A stretch of 20,000 bases of DNA from an uncultured virus (IMG/VR IMGVR_UViG_3300025154_000091) (Duplodnaviria; Heunggongvirae; Uroviricota; Caudoviricetes), in the IMG/VR virus record IMGVR_UViG_3300025154_000091; one strand, given 5' to 3'. Both the position numbers and the translations under genes were made by a program. Below the pieces are notes generated by a model. The model was not told the DNA's origin, ran no database searches, and saw only the letters and a list, made by a program, of their open reading frames with translations. Positions 16,706-20,000 of the stretch are shown one piece after another. The first letter of the stretch is position 1. Every line of letters starts with the position of its first letter.

Positions 16706-16877
16706 CTAGCTCCTCTGTATCATCATCTTGGAATATAGCCACAGCTTCATCATAGCCCTCCCAACTATCTACACCACAAATAAGTAGGCAAGACAAGAAA
16801 TTCTCATGAGCGACGAGCCCGTCGTATTCGTCTTTTGATATTGTAACAGTATCAGAACTCTTCGTTGTCTTCATCAT
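16698..16877 (-). CDS. Small phage protein with GVD(N/S)WEGY motif
   Basis: VTISKDEYDGL...FLSCL..CGVDSWEGYDEA is a motif recurrent in lytic phage proteins. Start is near 16874/16877. Confidence 0.65.
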   Translation of the reverse strand: MMKTTKSSDTVTISKDEYDGLVAHENFLSCLLICGVDSWEGYDEAVAIFQDDDTEELDD

Positions 16878-17346
16878 TGCTGCCAGTACCTTCAGTCTCA
16901 TCATTGAACTCATCAGTTCCATCAACAACATCGAACTCATCAGAGTCCTGATCTCCACCACCTGCATAGGCTACAAGGTCTACGATCTGAATGGCCTGAA
17001 GGTCAGCACTCAAACCCTTCTTACCTTTATACTCCCAAGCAAACGGAGCGAACTGTACATTAACAATACTACCATTCCCGATAATACCATTGAAGGTATT
17101 CTTACCAGCATCTACTACTCGGGGTGGTGGGTTCTCACCTACTACAGCACCTGCTTTCTTCTTATCTACATTCCGTTTGAACTTGTACTCATACACATCA
17201 TCATCGTTCCGCTTCACCTTCAGCCCTGCAGCCTTTAGCTTCTTAGCTTCATCATCTGACAGCAGAAGAGTAACCCTCCAACAAGGATCAAACTTAGTAT
17301 CTGCTTGCTTGGTATAGGCCCACATTGCAATTCCAGTAGTCTTCAT
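16852..17346 (-). CDS. ssDNA-binding protein (T7 gp2.5-like)
   Basis: PRVVD...IGNGSIVNV...LQAIQIVDLVAY, acidic tail ending in Phe. Confidence 0.85.
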   Translation of the reverse strand: MKTTGIAMWAYTKQADTKFDPCWRVTLLLSDDEAKKLKAAGLKVKRNDDDVYEYKFKRNVDKKKAGAVVGENPPPRVVDAGKNTFNGIIGNGSIVNVQFAPFAWEYKGKKGLSADLQAIQIVDLVAYAGGGDQDSDEFDVVDGTDEFNDETEGTGSNDEDNEEF

Positions 17347-17873
17347 ATTGTAACTCCCATCTTTAATTGAATTTCTTTGATGATACGCTTCTTCATATAA
17401 CCAGCTTTCCTAATAGTAACCTTAGCAGCCTTGGCCACCTCAGCCTTAGGATCACTATGGATAATCAAACCATAGTATATAATTCTATCCAGTTTATCTT
17501 TAGGTGCTAGACCCTCTATGATACCATCGTAATCATCATTCTCCTCATAGTTATGTTCTGTTCTTGGTTCGTCATCAGTATCTACAAGACTATCTATAGG
17601 TACCTCGATCTCTTCTCTGCGCTGCAGCTTCTTGATGTGAGCTATCATCTCATAGCGGATACTATTAGATGCATAAGTATTAAACTGAAAGCCCCTAGCA
17701 GGATCGTACTTCAATGAAGACTTCCTCAAGGCTATCATACCTATCCCCATCAGATCTTCTCGGTGCCCTTGCCACCTCCTGTTGCGCTCTCTAGATAGGA
17801 ACTCATCTACTACGACCTCAACCATTCCGAAGAAGTCTTCACACAATTGCTTACGCTCAGTATCAGTTAAGAT
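17343..17873 (-). CDS. Sigma70-family RNA polymerase sigma-like factor
   Basis: Region 2 signature EDLMGIGMIALRKSSLKYDPARGFQFNTYASNSIR and a C-terminal HTH (KAEVAKAAKVT). Start is uncertain: ATC 17873 behind AAGGAG, or TTG 17846. Confidence 0.8.
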   Translation of the reverse strand: MLTDTERKQLCEDFFGMVEVVVDEFLSRERNRRWQGHREDLMGIGMIALRKSSLKYDPARGFQFNTYASNSIRYEMIAHIKKLQRREEIEVPIDSLVDTDDEPRTEHNYEENDDYDGIIEGLAPKDKLDRIIYYGLIIHSDPKAEVAKAAKVTIRKAGYMKKRIIKEIQLKMGVTI

Positions 17874-18016
17874 ATTGTTCTCCTTATTTTTAGCATTGTA
17901 TACCTCTTATGATTCTTCTTAACAAAGATCTGTAGATGGTTGTCTAGACGTTGATGACAGAATTTCATATTGTGCCTGTTCTCTCCACCTATGTATAAGA
18001 TGTAACAGAATCTCAT
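17867..18016 (-). CDS. 49-aa microprotein C of tandem family (not in ORF track)
   Basis: Translation MRFCYILYIGGENRHNMKFCHQRLDNHLQIFVKKNHKRYTMLKIRRTIS. ATGA overlap with the upstream ORF. Confidence 0.65.
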   Translation of the reverse strand: MRFCYILYIGGENRHNMKFCHQRLDNHLQIFVKKNHKRYTMLKIRRTIS

Positions 18017-18162
18017 ATCACCCTCTTAATCTTTAGTATCTTATAAGTACTAGGTCTCCCTAATACATAATCTACAAGACGACCACCATCTAGACTATCT
18101 ACAAGGATGACTCTGTTATCCCTACCCTCATTACTTAGGTAGATAATAAAATACTTTCTCAT
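18013..18162 (-). CDS. 49-aa microprotein B of tandem family (not in ORF track)
   Basis: Translation MRKYFIIYLSNEGRDNRVILVDSLDGGRLVDYVLGRPSTYKILKIKRVI. Confidence 0.65.
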   Translation of the reverse strand: MRKYFIIYLSNEGRDNRVILVDSLDGGRLVDYVLGRPSTYKILKIKRVI

Positions 18163-18196
18163 ATCATTAAGACTCTATTTATTATATAGTAACTCA

Positions 18197-18358
18197 TCAC
18201 TCGATTGTCCTCCGAATCTTTAAGGTAGTATAGAACATTCTTCCAGACTTTGAGTCTAGGTAAGGGCCTGTAGTCCTATCATCTGGGAGAATATATAGAG
18301 GAACCACTGACCTACCTGTTCGTTCAACACCCTCTAACATGATTAAGAATCGTCTCAT
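18197..18358 (-). CDS. 53-aa microprotein A of tandem family
   Basis: ATG 18358 overlaps the HNH stop (TGATG) with GAGGTG RBS. Translation MRRFLIMLEG...FYTTLKIRRTIE. Confidence 0.65.
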   Translation of the reverse strand: MRRFLIMLEGVERTGRSVVPLYILPDDRTTGPYLDSKSGRMFYTTLKIRRTIE

Positions 18359-18828
18359 CAATGCACCTCTGCCCAATTTTTTCCAGAAAGTATTCCAGCT
18401 ATCGCTCCTGATGGGTATCCGAAAAAGACTAAACACTTTCTCCTATACCCTATTGATATTAAAAGTTTTATATCCCTTACCTCATCTTCTGTCAGTAAAG
18501 CTCTAGAGTTTCTAACACCCTTAGCAGATCTATTACCTAAGCTATAAGAGTGTTTTATATTCTCACTATGAGATACCCACCTAAGATTATCTACACTATT
18601 GTTCAATCGAACACCATCAATATGATCTACATCTGAGAAATGATATGGGTTTGGGAGATAAACCTCTGCCACTAATCTGTGTACAGCCTTACACACCCTA
18701 CCCCTATCGGTGTTTATATTTACAGTAAGATAACCTCTCCCATTATCGGAAGATTTTATTAACTTACCAAACTTATTAAACACCTCTCCATCTTTTGTTA
18801 CATGATACGAGTAATAGTTTGAGATCAT
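18358..18828 (-). CDS. HNH homing endonuclease (NUMOD4/HNH_3 type)
   Basis: Y.VTKDGEV, GYLTV, VHRLVAEVYLPNP, VDHIDGVRLNNSVDNLRWVSHSEN and a C-terminal HTH-like segment. Confidence 0.9.
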   Translation of the reverse strand: MISNYYSYHVTKDGEVFNKFGKLIKSSDNGRGYLTVNINTDRGRVCKAVHRLVAEVYLPNPYHFSDVDHIDGVRLNNSVDNLRWVSHSENIKHSYSLGNRSAKGVRNSRALLTEDEVRDIKLLISIGYRRKCLVFFGYPSGAIAGILSGKNWAEVH

Positions 18829-18850
18829 AGCACACCACACTTGAGTTTAG

Positions 18851-18879
18851 ATTATAATACATTAGAGTATCCTTACGAA
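18851..18879 (-). promoter_or_regulatory. Putative sigma70-type promoter for the HNH gene
   Basis: On the - strand: TTCGTA, 17-nt spacer, TATAAT, within the polA-HNH gap. Confidence 0.45.
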
Positions 18880-18902
18880 CTATAATCTATATAGTGTGAT
18901 GA

Positions 18903-19988
18903 TTAGTGAACGTCGGCCCAGGTCATCCCTATTTTCACATCAGCATCTATAGGTACTATAAGATTGAGCTGACCTTGGACCATGTTAGCACCAAGCTTTA
19001 TAATCTTTGAAGCTTCTTCAGCATGCTCAGGTAAGCACCTATAAGCGGCCTCATCGTGGTATTCCAGCATCTGCCTACAATAAATACCAGTACCCTCAAG
19101 CATTTTATTAGTATTTATTAACCACATCTTAAAGATTAGAGCTGCTGTAGATTGTATAGCTGTATTAAGAAGCTTATACTCTTGTCTAACTTGAATCTTC
19201 CTACCATCAAGCCCGACTATATACTTATTCTTCTTGAAGAACTTGGACAAGTAGTCGACAACCATCTTTACTCCTAGATTGCCAGACCAAAATGAGTCTA
19301 TATATTCTTCAGCTTTCTCTTCTGAACAACCAAGAATCCTTGAGAGCTTAGGAGCTCTGGCTCCGTAGAATATTGCATACTGAAAACTCTTCGCAACATC
19401 CCTAGTATTCTGTATAAGATCGGCATTATATTGGTGAAGATCAGGGACCGAATTGATAACATTCCAGTAGGCACCACCATCAAAGAGAGATGCCCAGTGT
19501 GCTGTAACTCTTGCCTCTATCTGAGCAAGGTCAGCACCTATCATCACATAAGGGTCCCACACCCTGAAGAGTGATCGCATCTCCCTACCATAGATGACAG
19601 ACTTCTTAGCCTTTGGAACATTACATACAGCACCACTGTGTGTGGTCCTTCCTGTTGGGGTAGCACAAGGCATACCATCTGCAGTCACTCTACCATCCGA
19701 GCGTACCTTAGATAGGATGCCCTTATTCTCAGGATCCTTTAGGTTCTCGATAGTTCTCCTTCTGTGTACAAGGACGTTTCTTCGAGCAACTAACTGGCCT
19801 AACTCACCCTTAATAGATCCGAAGGAATCTTCAGTGAGCTTTGGGGATGTAGGTTCCTTAGTCTTCTTATCTATATTCCACTGAGTAGGAACCCAACCAA
19901 CAGAAAGTAAGAATGCTTTTACTTGTTCGTGACTGTTGAGATTGATTCGTTCGTACTTGATCTTACAGTATGGTCCACGAATATTCAT
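18903..19988 (-). CDS. polA: Family A DNA polymerase, polymerase domain only (T7-like)
   Basis: TPTGRTTH, NVP, motif A GADLAQIEAR, motif B RDVAKSFQYAIFYG (Tyr at the E. coli F762 position), LNTAIQS, motif C HDE, and C-terminal WADVH. Confidence 0.93.
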   Translation of the reverse strand: MNIRGPYCKIKYERINLNSHEQVKAFLLSVGWVPTQWNIDKKTKEPTSPKLTEDSFGSIKGELGQLVARRNVLVHRRRTIENLKDPENKGILSKVRSDGRVTADGMPCATPTGRTTHSGAVCNVPKAKKSVIYGREMRSLFRVWDPYVMIGADLAQIEARVTAHWASLFDGGAYWNVINSVPDLHQYNADLIQNTRDVAKSFQYAIFYGARAPKLSRILGCSEEKAEEYIDSFWSGNLGVKMVVDYLSKFFKKNKYIVGLDGRKIQVRQEYKLLNTAIQSTAALIFKMWLINTNKMLEGTGIYCRQMLEYHDEAAYRCLPEHAEEASKIIKLGANMVQGQLNLIVPIDADVKIGMTWADVH

Positions 19989-20000
19989 GCGCTATAATCT

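Noticed and set aside
8184..19884. Plus-strand and alternate-frame ORFs in the - arm (e.g. 9390-9698, 11371-11757, 16434-16709, 19594-19884)
   Set aside because: They lie fully over recognisable - strand genes and have no RBS or family signature.
1..20000. CRISPR arrays, tRNAs, integrase/IS elements, stop-codon recoding
   Set aside because: There are no spaced repeats or cloverleaf-sized gaps and no recombinase motifs. Genes read through intact in the standard code with TAA, TGA and TAG all used as stops.

Overview
The window is part of a lytic, podovirus-type dsDNA phage genome with two convergent arms that meet at a bidirectional intrinsic terminator (~7716-7760). The + arm (1-7697) encodes virion or receptor-binding-like proteins, including a beta-helix depolymerase-like protein. 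It also carries three lipoproteins, two holin-like genes, a T4-type (GH24) endolysin and two further structural-type genes. The - arm (7776-19988) is a T7-like replication and nucleotide module: family A DNA polymerase (polymerase half only), two HNH-type endonucleases, a sigma70-like factor, a gp2.5-like SSB, a 5'-3' exonuclease, an endonuclease I-like resolvase, a metallophosphoesterase, a ThyX-like protein, dUTPase, a very small ATP-dependent ligase, an FmdB-type Zn ribbon, a DUF5664 diphosphohydrolase and a class II RNR. This layout recalls Zobellviridae/cobavirus-like phages (inference). Most notable observations: (1) tail-fibre or depolymerase-like proteins carry Sec signal peptides, one placed directly in front of a virion-anchor-like N-terminal motif; (2) the HNH gene downstream of polA ends in a near copy of the polymerase C-terminus; (3) a tandem array of three ~50-aa paralogous microproteins, two of them missed by the ORF track; (4) polA is split by an in-frame stop; (5) the sigma factor probably starts at ATC. 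All family calls come from motif recognition by eye, not database searches.
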